From a virus (lineage: Duplodnaviria > Caudoviricetes), in IMG/VR virus record IMGVR_UViG_3300030061_001151, positions 1 to 43,630 of that record: a stretch of 43,630 bases of DNA. One strand, written 5' to 3'. The position numbers and the translations under genes are program-made. The notes below the pieces were generated by a model that searched no databases, had not been told where the DNA came from, and saw nothing but the letters and a program-made list of their open reading frames with translations. Below, piece by piece: positions 1 through 8,434 of the stretch. Each line of letters opens with the position of its first letter. Position 1 is the stretch's first letter.

Positions 1-118
1 TGAGATAGACCAAAGAAATGCAGCGAATCAAAGTTATAATCAAGTTATGCCACAACAAGGGCAACAACAAGGGCAACAACAAGGGCAACAACAAGGGCAA
101 CAACAAAGACCACAATAG
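1..118 (+). CDS. 3' end of a CDS running in from the left edge, with a Gln/Gly low-complexity C-terminus
   Basis: Frame 2 is open from the edge: EIDQRNAANQSYNQVMPQQG(QQQG)3QQQRPQ, then TAG at 116-118. It is followed by GAGG and the next ATG at 130. Confidence 0.6.
   Translation, partial: EIDQRNAANQSYNQVMPQQGQQQGQQQGQQQGQQQRPQ
53..106 (+). repeat. 12-bp tandem repeat CAACAACAAGGG, about 4.5 copies, encoding QQQG
   Basis: Directly visible in the sequence. Confidence 0.95.
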
Positions 119-129
119 AGGAATTAAAA

Positions 130-735
130 ATGAATCAGTTAGAATTAATACAAGAAGCCATAGAAAAAGCAAAAGCAGTTTTAGAAGATAGTCAATTTGC
201 TAGGCTTCATGATTCTGAAGGTGAAGAAGTAAAGGTAAAAAGACCTCCAAAAAATCCTAAAGAAGAAAAAATAGATATGCCTAAAGATGCAAACAAAGAA
301 ATGATTAAAGAAGATAATCCATTTTTAGATGAAGAAGAGGAAAAAGATACTGCTTCTAGGAAAAAGAGACTTCAAGAAAGACTAGATAATGTTGAAGAAG
401 AAATGGAATCTTATGATTCTATGAAAGATGGTAAATCAAATCAGGGATATAGAAGACTATTATCCGAAAGAGATAGATTAAAATCGTCTATAGAAGATAT
501 TGATTCAGAAATATACAAGTCTGTTGTTCTCAAAGGTCTACTGGCTTTACAGGAAATGACAATAAAAGATTCTAGTTCTATATTAAAATCTGACAAAAAA
601 TCAGATGTTATAAAACAAACATATGAGACATTAGAAACTATGGCTAATGACCTTCCTTATGATAATACATTTGCAGACCAATATGAAAACCTATCAAAAT
701 CAATTTTAACTTTCCTAAAGGAAAATAGAATTTGA
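130..735 (+). CDS. Acidic coiled-coil protein, probably head-associated
   Basis: 201-aa ORF in the head module, with several hydrophobic-x-K-[AS] motifs (IEKA, IYKS, ILKS, LSKS). Confidence 0.6.
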   Translation: MNQLELIQEAIEKAKAVLEDSQFARLHDSEGEEVKVKRPPKNPKEEKIDMPKDANKEMIKEDNPFLDEEEEKDTASRKKRLQERLDNVEEEMESYDSMKDGKSNQGYRRLLSERDRLKSSIEDIDSEIYKSVVLKGLLALQEMTIKDSSSILKSDKKSDVIKQTYETLETMANDLPYDNTFADQYENLSKSILTFLKENRI

Positions 736-745
736 GGAGTTAGAT

Positions 746-3367
746 ATGGCTCAAACAGGTTTAGCCTTTGAAAAAGAAAAAGATTCTTTAACACAACGGA
801 TTTTAGATTTCTTTGAACGTGCTAGGTATGCTTATCTTTCTGCAAGAGAAGACCCTGCTGAATATACATCTGAATGGAAAAAAATCATAAGAATGATGAA
901 AGAAGATTTTGATAACATCAGCAGTTTTGCAACAGAACTTAAAGAATTTATAGATGAAGATGTTTTATTTGATAATGATGTTATAGATGCAACATCTGAT
1001 GAAGCACGTAAATTATTTGAATCTATAAAAGATATGAGATTTAAATCAGATGAAATAACAGACCCGTTTGTTAAACAATTTAATAATAAAGTTATTGAAA
1101 CCTTTATAGAAAAAGAAGAAGTTTTACTTGCATTTTTACATTATGCTATGAGAAGTCATTCAAATGCACTACCGGAAAAATTGTGGGAACAATTTGAAAT
1201 GAAACCTGATTTAGTTACAAGAGGAGTTATGGGTTTAGATTTAAAAGTTCAAGATATTCCTTTGTTTGTGATAGAACATTATGGTCAAGAAAATACTAAC
1301 AATTCTAGAATAAAAGGTAAAGTAAAAGCAGGAATGAAAAAACTAGAAGAAATGTACAAAGAAATATATCCTGAATCTAAGTGGGAAAATTTACAAGAAT
1401 TAAACATTACAAAGGCGGAAAAAAGTGAAGAGGAAAAGGCAGACATTGATTTTTTAATTCCTAACAAACCAATGTACAGAATTTTTGAAATAGATGATAT
1501 GAAAGAACTAAAGGGCTTTAGTGGTGAGTGGGTTGTACAAGAAAAATATGATGGTATGAGAATACAAATTCACAAAACAGATGATATTGTAACTATTTAT
1601 TCTTATAATAAAAAAGATATAACTGATAAATGTCCTCAACAAGTTAAGGAAATGAAAAAGAAAAATTTCGGAGATTGTATTTTAGATGCCGAATTAACTT
1701 TATTTTTAAATGATGAACCATTACATAGAGCAGATACAATTTCACATGTTTTCAAAAAAGAAACAAAAGGTAGATTGGCTGCTCATGTTTTTGACATTAT
1801 GAAACATGAAGGTAAAATGGTTGCTGATGAGCCTTTGCGTGAAAGAATTAATATGTTATTTTATCAATACAGTCAACACTCCACTGAAAATTTAGCATTC
1901 CCTTCTAAAAAAGATACTCGTATAGCAGATTCTCTAAAAGAAATAGAATCCTATGCTAAAGATATTATGATGTTACCTAACTCTGAAGGTGTCGTAATCA
2001 AAGACATTGAATCTACTTATTTAATAGGGAAAAAGAAAAACCCAAAGTGGGTCAAATGGAAAAAATTTATTGATTTAGATGTAATAGTATTAGATGATAA
2101 AAAGACTAAAAGTAATTTACATAGTTATACTATGGGAATTGGGCCTGTAACTGCTGAAGTTGCTAGAAAATACAAAACGGTAGAATTAGAAGATAAAGCA
2201 TATGTGCCTGTAGGTAAAGCACTAAATACAAAACAAAGTGTAAAAATAGGAGATATTATTAGAGTCAAAGTTGATGAAGTAAAGAAAACTAAGGACGGAT
2301 TTAGTCTATATTCTGCTAAAGTAATTGAATTACCGGAAGTAAATGAGTCTGATAATATTATTACATTAGAACAACTTGCAGGTAAAACTAAAAAATCTTT
2401 ATCTGATTTTGTAGAGTTTGTGGCAGGTAGAACATTAGGCGGATTATTTAGAGTAAGTAGCGGACTTTCTGATACAGTAACAAATGGTAAAAAGAAAAAG
2501 AAAAAGGCCGGAATAAAGAAATCATATTATATTACTGATGATATACATGGAACTGCTGAAATTATATTAAAAGAAGATATTGATGGATTCACTATTTATG
2601 GATTTGAAGGTGATTCTCTTATGCAGAAAAATGCACTATACAACATAGATTTATGGAAAGAACAACTTACATCAATTTTGAAAACGAAAAGGTCTGAATT
2701 ACGAGTTGCTATTCGTAATGATATTATAGAGTATGGTGATAGCCCAAAACCTTTTGATAAAATATTAGATTTTGTTGTTAAAAATTATAAAGAACAGTAT
2801 GAAGAATTATTTGATGGTAGAGAAGAAAAATTAATGTCTTGGATGAAAAAACAAGATGATATACGATATATACATCCTAATAAATTTCAAGCAAGAGAAG
2901 ATATTTTAGAAAAAGATATTGATGACTTACAAAAAAAAGTAAAAGAAGCGAGTTTTAAAATATACCAACGTGAAGATGGTAATTTAGATTTTGTTATATT
3001 AATCGAAGATGAGAAATTAGCATGGACTATTGACATAGAAGATGCTGAAGATATATACAATTTGTTTGGTAAGTCAGGTAAGTTTCCTGCTGTAGTAGCA
3101 AAACAAGTTGATGAAGATGATTTATTAGATAGTGGTAAATTAATTTTAGGTGTTCAAAAAGATGGTTATCACGAATACAAATTAGAAGGAGATAAATTTG
3201 ATACAAGAATGCATCTTAGAGTTGTACCATTAAATGAGAAAAATACTTGGATAGCATGGACAGGAAAAAAGCAAGAAATGTTAGACAATAAAGACAATGA
3301 AAATTTATGGGATATAAGAGAAGATAAGTATGCAAAATTACAATTTCCTCCTAAAAGTGGCGACTAA
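746..3367 (+). CDS. lig: ATP-dependent DNA ligase with long N- and C-terminal extensions
   Basis: Motif I QEKYDGMR, III ILDAEL, IIIa HVFDIM, IV EGVVIK and V WVKWK, followed by an OB-fold-like region. GAGGAG SD upstream. Confidence 0.9.
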   Translation: MAQTGLAFEKEKDSLTQRILDFFERARYAYLSAREDPAEYTSEWKKIIRMMKEDFDNISSFATELKEFIDEDVLFDNDVIDATSDEARKLFESIKDMRFKSDEITDPFVKQFNNKVIETFIEKEEVLLAFLHYAMRSHSNALPEKLWEQFEMKPDLVTRGVMGLDLKVQDIPLFVIEHYGQENTNNSRIKGKVKAGMKKLEEMYKEIYPESKWENLQELNITKAEKSEEEKADIDFLIPNKPMYRIFEIDDMKELKGFSGEWVVQEKYDGMRIQIHKTDDIVTIYSYNKKDITDKCPQQVKEMKKKNFGDCILDAELTLFLNDEPLHRADTISHVFKKETKGRLAAHVFDIMKHEGKMVADEPLRERINMLFYQYSQHSTENLAFPSKKDTRIADSLKEIESYAKDIMMLPNSEGVVIKDIESTYLIGKKKNPKWVKWKKFIDLDVIVLDDKKTKSNLHSYTMGIGPVTAEVARKYKTVELEDKAYVPVGKALNTKQSVKIGDIIRVKVDEVKKTKDGFSLYSAKVIELPEVNESDNIITLEQLAGKTKKSLSDFVEFVAGRTLGGLFRVSSGLSDTVTNGKKKKKKAGIKKSYYITDDIHGTAEIILKEDIDGFTIYGFEGDSLMQKNALYNIDLWKEQLTSILKTKRSELRVAIRNDIIEYGDSPKPFDKILDFVVKNYKEQYEELFDGREEKLMSWMKKQDDIRYIHPNKFQAREDILEKDIDDLQKKVKEASFKIYQREDGNLDFVILIEDEKLAWTIDIEDAEDIYNLFGKSGKFPAVVAKQVDEDDLLDSGKLILGVQKDGYHEYKLEGDKFDTRMHLRVVPLNEKNTWIAWTGKKQEMLDNKDNENLWDIREDKYAKLQFPPKSGD

Positions 3368-3368
3368 C

Positions 3369-3376
3369 TTATATAG
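3369..3376 (+). promoter_or_regulatory. Putative archaeal TATA box for the protease/capsid operon
   Basis: TTATATAG lies in the only intergenic gap here, 24-31 nt before the GTG at 3400. This spacing fits a (near-)leaderless archaeal transcript. Confidence 0.5.
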
Positions 3377-3399
3377 TAAAAGTTGAAGGTGCTTGTTTT

Positions 3400-4596
3400 G
3401 TGCTTATGGCAGAATCCCTTTTAATGAAGGCAGATAGTAATCACGAATTTAGTATTCTAAAGTCTGATGATTTAGTCATTGGTGGATATGCTTCTATAGA
3501 AATTGTAGACAAACAAAATGATTTAATTACACTTAAGGCATTAGATGAAGCCGTTCAAAAATATATGAAAGAAACAAAATACAGAAATGTAATGTCAAAC
3601 CATTCTAATGTACAGGTTGGAGAAGTTGTAGAAAAATACCGAGATAGTAATGGTATACTACATAAGACAGGTGTAGATGATGTTGGTTTTTATGTTGTTA
3701 TTAAATTAAGAGATGATATAGAAAAGGCAAAAGAAATTTCAAGAGGTATTAGGAAAGGAACTCTTCGTTCCTTTAGTATTGGTGGACAAGCAATATCTAA
3801 GAAACAGAAGACAAATGATGAATATGGAGAGTATAACGAAATAGAAAAGTTAGAACTTCATGAAGTAACCATTTGTGAAAAAGGGATAAATCCCGAAGCG
3901 AAATTCGACATTTTAAAACAAGATGTTGGAGGTAATAAAATGAGTGAAAAACTGGAAAAAGCACTTGAGGAGTTAAATGACTTGATGAAACAAGTTAACT
4001 CTTCAATTGTCGAAAAAACTGAAGATAATACGACAGATGCCACCCTTGAAACAAAGGGCGATATGGAATACATGGATTCTGATAAAGAAATGATGGATAC
4101 AGATGACAAGGACATGGATGATGACGACATGGATATGGAAGAGAAGGCTCTTGATGAAGATTCAACAAGAGACTACGAAGCCGGAGAAGAGGTTGTTAGT
4201 GGTGGAACACCAAAAGCAACACCTGCTGGATTAGATGTTGTTAAAGGTCTAGAAGATTCTGATTTCTCAACTCTTAACTTGAGTGCAGAAAATGTTGAAA
4301 AAGCATATGAAGCATTCAAAGCAGAAAGAATGGAAAAGATTGCATACGATTCTCTAAGCAAGCAATTTGAAACAAGACTTGCTGAAGAATTAGAAGTTAA
4401 GAAAGCAAGTGCAGAAGCAGCAGCATATGATGCTCGTTCTGATGTAATTGCTTTGAAAGAAGAATTTGCAGAACTACGCAAATCTTTAACTGCACAAAAT
4501 GATGAGATTGTTAAATCGCAATCTGTAGAAATTCCTAGTGATGTAAGTAACCTATCATGGAATGAGATTGCTGATATAGCGAGGAAATATAATTAA
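3400..4596 (+). CDS. HK97-type prohead protease fused to an acidic coiled-coil scaffold
   Basis: Motifs IGGYAS..VDKQND, catalytic-type NH (MSNHSN), SFSIGG and LELHEVTI..GINPEAKF. Acidic coiled-coil C-terminal half. Directly upstream of the capsid gene. Confidence 0.88.
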   Translation: MLMAESLLMKADSNHEFSILKSDDLVIGGYASIEIVDKQNDLITLKALDEAVQKYMKETKYRNVMSNHSNVQVGEVVEKYRDSNGILHKTGVDDVGFYVVIKLRDDIEKAKEISRGIRKGTLRSFSIGGQAISKKQKTNDEYGEYNEIEKLELHEVTICEKGINPEAKFDILKQDVGGNKMSEKLEKALEELNDLMKQVNSSIVEKTEDNTTDATLETKGDMEYMDSDKEMMDTDDKDMDDDDMDMEEKALDEDSTRDYEAGEEVVSGGTPKATPAGLDVVKGLEDSDFSTLNLSAENVEKAYEAFKAERMEKIAYDSLSKQFETRLAEELEVKKASAEAAAYDARSDVIALKEEFAELRKSLTAQNDEIVKSQSVEIPSDVSNLSWNEIADIARKYN

Positions 4597-4609
4597 GGAG
4601 TGATAAAAA

Positions 4610-5962
4610 ATGAGTGGATATATAAAAACAATGAAAGATTTAGAAGCGGCATCATACGGTCTAAGAGGCGGTAATGGTAATGCTTTGTTGAAGGCTGCCG
4701 GAGTCGTTGGTGGATTAGGAGGAGTAGGACACGATTTACAACCTGCTTTTAGTGGTGCATCAGGACTAACGGATTTATACAATGTTCTTTACGGACAGAA
4801 AGTATGGTCAATGCTTAACCAAGAGGTTAATGCTTTGTCAATGATTGCTAAGAGGCCATATACCTCAAGTGGTTGGAGAGTTCTAAAGAGCCGACCTCAA
4901 GGTGGTAGTGGTTCTGCTTTCGCACTTGGTAGTGGAGCAGCAGGAAGTGCTGCACCTAAAGCATCAGTAATTGGTGGAGTTGCAGAAAATGCTTCTCTAA
5001 GTAGTATTACTGCATTAGCCCCTGAATACACAAAACTGAATGTAAGCCCTAAAACAATAGCACACAAATTCGAGTTCTCTGAACTTGCAATGGAACTTGC
5101 TGCTATTGATGATGGTGTTGGTGATATACGTGCTATAATCCGTGAGGATATGGGTAAACACCACGCTGAAGTACAGAACAAGATGTTATTAACACCTCTT
5201 GAAGTATATTCAGAAACAGGAACAGGAGATATTGTTAACAACTATACATCTTTGTATAAGGTTGTAGCAAGTGCTGAAGAAATTGGTCAAATGTACACTG
5301 ATGATTTAACTGACTTAGGTGCAGGTGGTACTAATGAAGCCCTTGAAGATACATTAGTAAGAATCTATGGACAAGATAGAGGAGTTACAGTTAGTACTGA
5401 AACTATTACAGTTGTATCTGATTTCTTGGATGCTGAAGTTGACTTCGGTGCAAGTTATGCAGCAGGTTCTACTAGAGTATTAACTTTAACAATACTAAAT
5501 GACATGATTCGTAGAATCCGTCAAAATGGTGGAAACCCTAAAGTTATCTTAACAGGATACGATACTATACAACATATCTCTGACTTGCTACAAAGCCAAG
5601 AGAGATTTATGGATAGGAAAGAAGTAGTTCCTACACATAACGGTGTTCGTGGAGTTAAAGGTGCTGAAGTTGGTTTCAGAGTTGCAACATACTATGATAT
5701 ACCAATTATCCCTTGTAAGGATATGGGTTCAACAACTGCTGCCGGTGTAACAAATGGATTAAGTGATATCTTTGTCTTAGATACAGACCATCTATGGCTA
5801 TCAGTTATGAAGCCTACAGAATACTTCGAGGATGGTATTTCAAATGGAAACCCATTCGGTGTTGGAACTTTAGGAAATCAAGCAATGTACAGAACCATTG
5901 GTGAAGTATGTTGTTCTTTCTTTAAAGGTCAAGGTAAGATAACTAACTTGAAGAGTGCTTGA
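4610..5962 (+). CDS. Major capsid protein (HK97 fold)
   Basis: 450 aa, follows the protease, strong SD (AAGGAGTGA). Capsid-like segments PKTIAHKFEFSE, YYDIPII and C-terminal QGKITNL. Confidence 0.85.
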   Translation: MSGYIKTMKDLEAASYGLRGGNGNALLKAAGVVGGLGGVGHDLQPAFSGASGLTDLYNVLYGQKVWSMLNQEVNALSMIAKRPYTSSGWRVLKSRPQGGSGSAFALGSGAAGSAAPKASVIGGVAENASLSSITALAPEYTKLNVSPKTIAHKFEFSELAMELAAIDDGVGDIRAIIREDMGKHHAEVQNKMLLTPLEVYSETGTGDIVNNYTSLYKVVASAEEIGQMYTDDLTDLGAGGTNEALEDTLVRIYGQDRGVTVSTETITVVSDFLDAEVDFGASYAAGSTRVLTLTILNDMIRRIRQNGGNPKVILTGYDTIQHISDLLQSQERFMDRKEVVPTHNGVRGVKGAEVGFRVATYYDIPIIPCKDMGSTTAAGVTNGLSDIFVLDTDHLWLSVMKPTEYFEDGISNGNPFGVGTLGNQAMYRTIGEVCCSFFKGQGKITNLKSA

Positions 5963-5974
5963 GGTGATTAAGTA

Positions 5975-6310
5975 ATGGCACATACTGTCACACTTATTGC
6001 TGACCATAAAGGATTTGCTGCTCCTAAAGTATCAGGAGATGAATATGTTGTTGATGCACACATTAACATCACGGCATATGTTCAAGGTGGAATAACTGTA
6101 ACTGCGTCTTCTTTGGGTCTATCTTCTGTACACTGTGTTTTAGTAACAGGTATGGAAGAAATAGGCCAAACAGCAAGACCAATAGTAAGTACAACTGGTG
6201 CATATGAATCAGGAACTAGTTTCAAACTAATTCTTTCAACTGGTTCAGCCCAACTCAGTGGTACTGCTGATGAAGGTATGGTTAGAGTCCGTGTTTACGG
6301 AAACCTCTAA
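5975..6310 (+). CDS. Small beta-rich virion protein (capsid decoration candidate)
   Basis: 111 aa, immediately after the capsid gene, GAGGTGA SD, and before a strong hairpin. Confidence 0.55.
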   Translation: MAHTVTLIADHKGFAAPKVSGDEYVVDAHINITAYVQGGITVTASSLGLSSVHCVLVTGMEEIGQTARPIVSTTGAYESGTSFKLILSTGSAQLSGTADEGMVRVRVYGNL

Positions 6311-6336
6311 ACAGTGAATAATGGAATAAACATAAA

Positions 6337-6379
6337 ATAGTAGTCTTCGTTCTGAGACAATCAGAACGGGGGCTACTAT
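6337..6379 (+). terminator. 19-bp RNA stem-loop (terminator, attenuator or mRNA stabiliser) after the capsid genes
   Basis: ATAGTAGTCTTCGTTCTGA-GACAA-TCAGAACGGGGGCTACTAT gives 16 Watson-Crick pairs and 3 G-U pairs on the + strand. Confidence 0.7.
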
Positions 6380-6404
6380 CCCCTTATTAAAAGGAGAAAA
6401 ACAC

Positions 6405-6812
6405 ATGACACAAGTAACATTAACGAACCAAGCAAGACCAAGAGATATTAAAATCGGTGGAGTAATATACTCCATACATTATAATCAACAAACAACTGTA
6501 CCTTTAAGACATACCGTATGTTTCTTAGGTGCGGAAAATATTACATTCACATTCGATGAAACGGACAAAAAAGATATTGAAAATCTTAATGACTATAAAT
6601 TTAATGAATTAATTAGATTAACTGATGAACTAAAAGAAGGCGATACACGTAAACAAGCCCAAAAAATATTATTTCCTACAAAGGTAAAGGCATCTCCAAA
6701 ACCTAAAGCAAAAAGAGCACCTGCTAAGAAAGCACCTGCTAAAAAAGCAAAAAAGGTAGAAACCCCTAAGAAAGAAGTACCTTCAGAAGACAATAAGGAA
6801 GTGAGAGAATAG
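6405..6812 (+). CDS. Hypothetical protein with a Lys/Ala/Pro-rich tail (PAKKA repeats)
   Basis: 135 aa, AGGAG SD, tail KPKAKRAPAKKAPAKKAKK. Confidence 0.7.
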   Translation: MTQVTLTNQARPRDIKIGGVIYSIHYNQQTTVPLRHTVCFLGAENITFTFDETDKKDIENLNDYKFNELIRLTDELKEGDTRKQAQKILFPTKVKASPKPKAKRAPAKKAPAKKAKKVETPKKEVPSEDNKEVRE

Positions 6813-7087
6813 GTTCTAGTGGTAGTGGAGTACAGACGGCTGATGCATTGGTTTTCAAAGGTAAGTGTAAACTTATGAGTGTACACGGTTGTAATGCTTC
6901 AGGTTCAGCAGTAACTATTTCTGTTTATGATAGTGATGATGCTTCTGCATCCGGTGATGTAGAAGTCTGTAGAATGGTTTTAGCCTCTAATGGTTCTTTT
7001 GAATACGATATGCATGGTAGATTTTGTGCTAAAGGTCTTTTCGTTGATATAACAGGAACAGGTCATTACTCCCTAGAGTGGAGTTGA
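6809..7087 (+). CDS. Small beta-rich virion-type protein; start uncertain (ATA 6809 or TTG 6848)
   Basis: The frame is open back to 6797. Composition resembles the other small structural proteins. Confidence 0.6.
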   Translation: MGSSGSGVQTADALVFKGKCKLMSVHGCNASGSAVTISVYDSDDASASGDVEVCRMVLASNGSFEYDMHGRFCAKGLFVDITGTGHYSLEWS

Positions 7088-7092
7088 TTATT

Positions 7093-7518
7093 GTGCCAAG
7101 CATAGATAATGATACAAGATTAGTAATGACTATTCTTTTTGTTGGAGCAGTTAGCGGAGTAAATGTTTACTTCTATGCACAATATGGAGTAGGTTTTCCA
7201 TATACTGTTGAAGCACACGCAATTTTATTTGGTATATCTACAATAGGTGGAATCATGATAATGAAAGCAGTATTTGATTTAATTGCTAATGATTATATTG
7301 AAGAGACTTTATTACAAAGACGGATTGATGCTTATTGGAATCGTAGAGCGAGAGAAGAAGAGAACCGTAAAAGAGTTCGAGAATCTTTTAGGAATTTCCA
7401 ACAAACATGGAATAATACAGTTCAATCTCCTACTAATGTTTATGGTGATGGTAATTTACCTACCATAAAAGGAAATACAGAAGGAGTAAGTCCTTCCTTT
7501 TTAACAATAGAACAATGA
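7093..7518 (+). CDS. Membrane protein: two transmembrane helices plus a charged coiled-coil tail
   Basis: Hydrophobic LVMTILFVGAVSGVNVYFYA and AILFGISTIGGIMIMKAVF, then RRAREEENRKRVRE. A GGAGTTGA SD favours GTG 7093 over 7078. Confidence 0.75.
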   Translation: MPSIDNDTRLVMTILFVGAVSGVNVYFYAQYGVGFPYTVEAHAILFGISTIGGIMIMKAVFDLIANDYIEETLLQRRIDAYWNRRAREEENRKRVRESFRNFQQTWNNTVQSPTNVYGDGNLPTIKGNTEGVSPSFLTIEQ

Positions 7519-7531
7519 TTGAGGTGAGATA

Positions 7532-7756
7532 GTGGTTGGAGAAATCCTAATGGGTTTTGATGAAACCGCTATGGCTTACGATTTACAAAGAGCACATTCT
7601 GCTGACATTTGGTTCTTGAGAGCAAGATTTTGGATATGGGGAATTGTGTGTTCAATTGGAAGTTTCTTTCTTGGACAAACATTAGCAATATTTGGTATTA
7701 ATACAATGTCAATATTGTGGAATGGGTTAGTGGACTTTTGGCATCATTTGTGGTGA
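7532..7756 (+). CDS. Small Trp-rich membrane protein
   Basis: 74 aa, GAGGTGA SD, transmembrane segment FWIWGIVCSIGSFFLGQTLAIFGI and amphipathic C-terminus LWNGLVDFWHHLW. Confidence 0.75.
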   Translation: MVGEILMGFDETAMAYDLQRAHSADIWFLRARFWIWGIVCSIGSFFLGQTLAIFGINTMSILWNGLVDFWHHLW

Positions 7757-7760
7757 TAAC

Positions 7761-8432
7761 TTGTCTGTAATGGCAGGGTTTGCTATTTTAATGGTGGAGG
7801 GATTGAATAAAGTATATCAAAGATTACATTCAATACCCTTTGGTGTATATGGTGCGAGCAAAGCAGGGAAAACAACATTACACCACCAATTGAGAACTAG
7901 AGGAGAAGTACCTGATATAATGGAAAGAACTGTAGGTTTAGAAAGAGCCACAAGAAAATATATCAAATTAGATGGTAATGCACACACTGTCAAAACTGCT
8001 GATATTGGTGGACAAACTATTTATTGGACAGAATGGATAAAAGATATGAAAGAGCGTAGAACAAAATATATTATTTTTTTAATTGATGATAGACATATGG
8101 ATAAACACTATGATATTGAACAACAATTGTGTTGGACATTTTTAGTAGATACTATTTGTGCTAGTCATTGGAATGTTAAAAACAAATTAAAAAAGAAAAA
8201 AGACCATGATTATCCTATAGCAGTGGGTGTTTGGGCAAACAAATATGATTTATGGAAAGACAAATATGAACATGAAGGAGAAATAGAAAAGCATCCTATT
8301 TTTGATGCATTTAGAGCAGGAATGCAAAAATTAAATGAAAAGGGAATTCCTTGTTTTAAATACATTGTTAGTGCCAAAACTGACTCAACTATGGTATATA
8401 GAGGAATCTTAACAATGATAAAGGACTACTAG
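7761..8432 (+). CDS. Ras-superfamily small GTPase, Arf/Sar-like
   Basis: All five G motifs in order: G1 GASKAGKTT, G2 RTVG, G3 DIGGQ, G4 WANKYD, G5 VSAK. Hydrophobic/amphipathic N-terminal helix. Confidence 0.9.
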   Translation: MSVMAGFAILMVEGLNKVYQRLHSIPFGVYGASKAGKTTLHHQLRTRGEVPDIMERTVGLERATRKYIKLDGNAHTVKTADIGGQTIYWTEWIKDMKERRTKYIIFLIDDRHMDKHYDIEQQLCWTFLVDTICASHWNVKNKLKKKKDHDYPIAVGVWANKYDLWKDKYEHEGEIEKHPIFDAFRAGMQKLNEKGIPCFKYIVSAKTDSTMVYRGILTMIKDY

Positions 8433-8434
8433 GT

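Noticed and set aside
5002-5010. TAGTATTAC, the circovirus/nanovirus origin nonanucleotide, as a target for the Rep-like protein
   Set aside because: It lies inside the capsid CDS, has no convincing flanking stem, and such an AT-rich 9-mer is plausible by chance in 43 kb.
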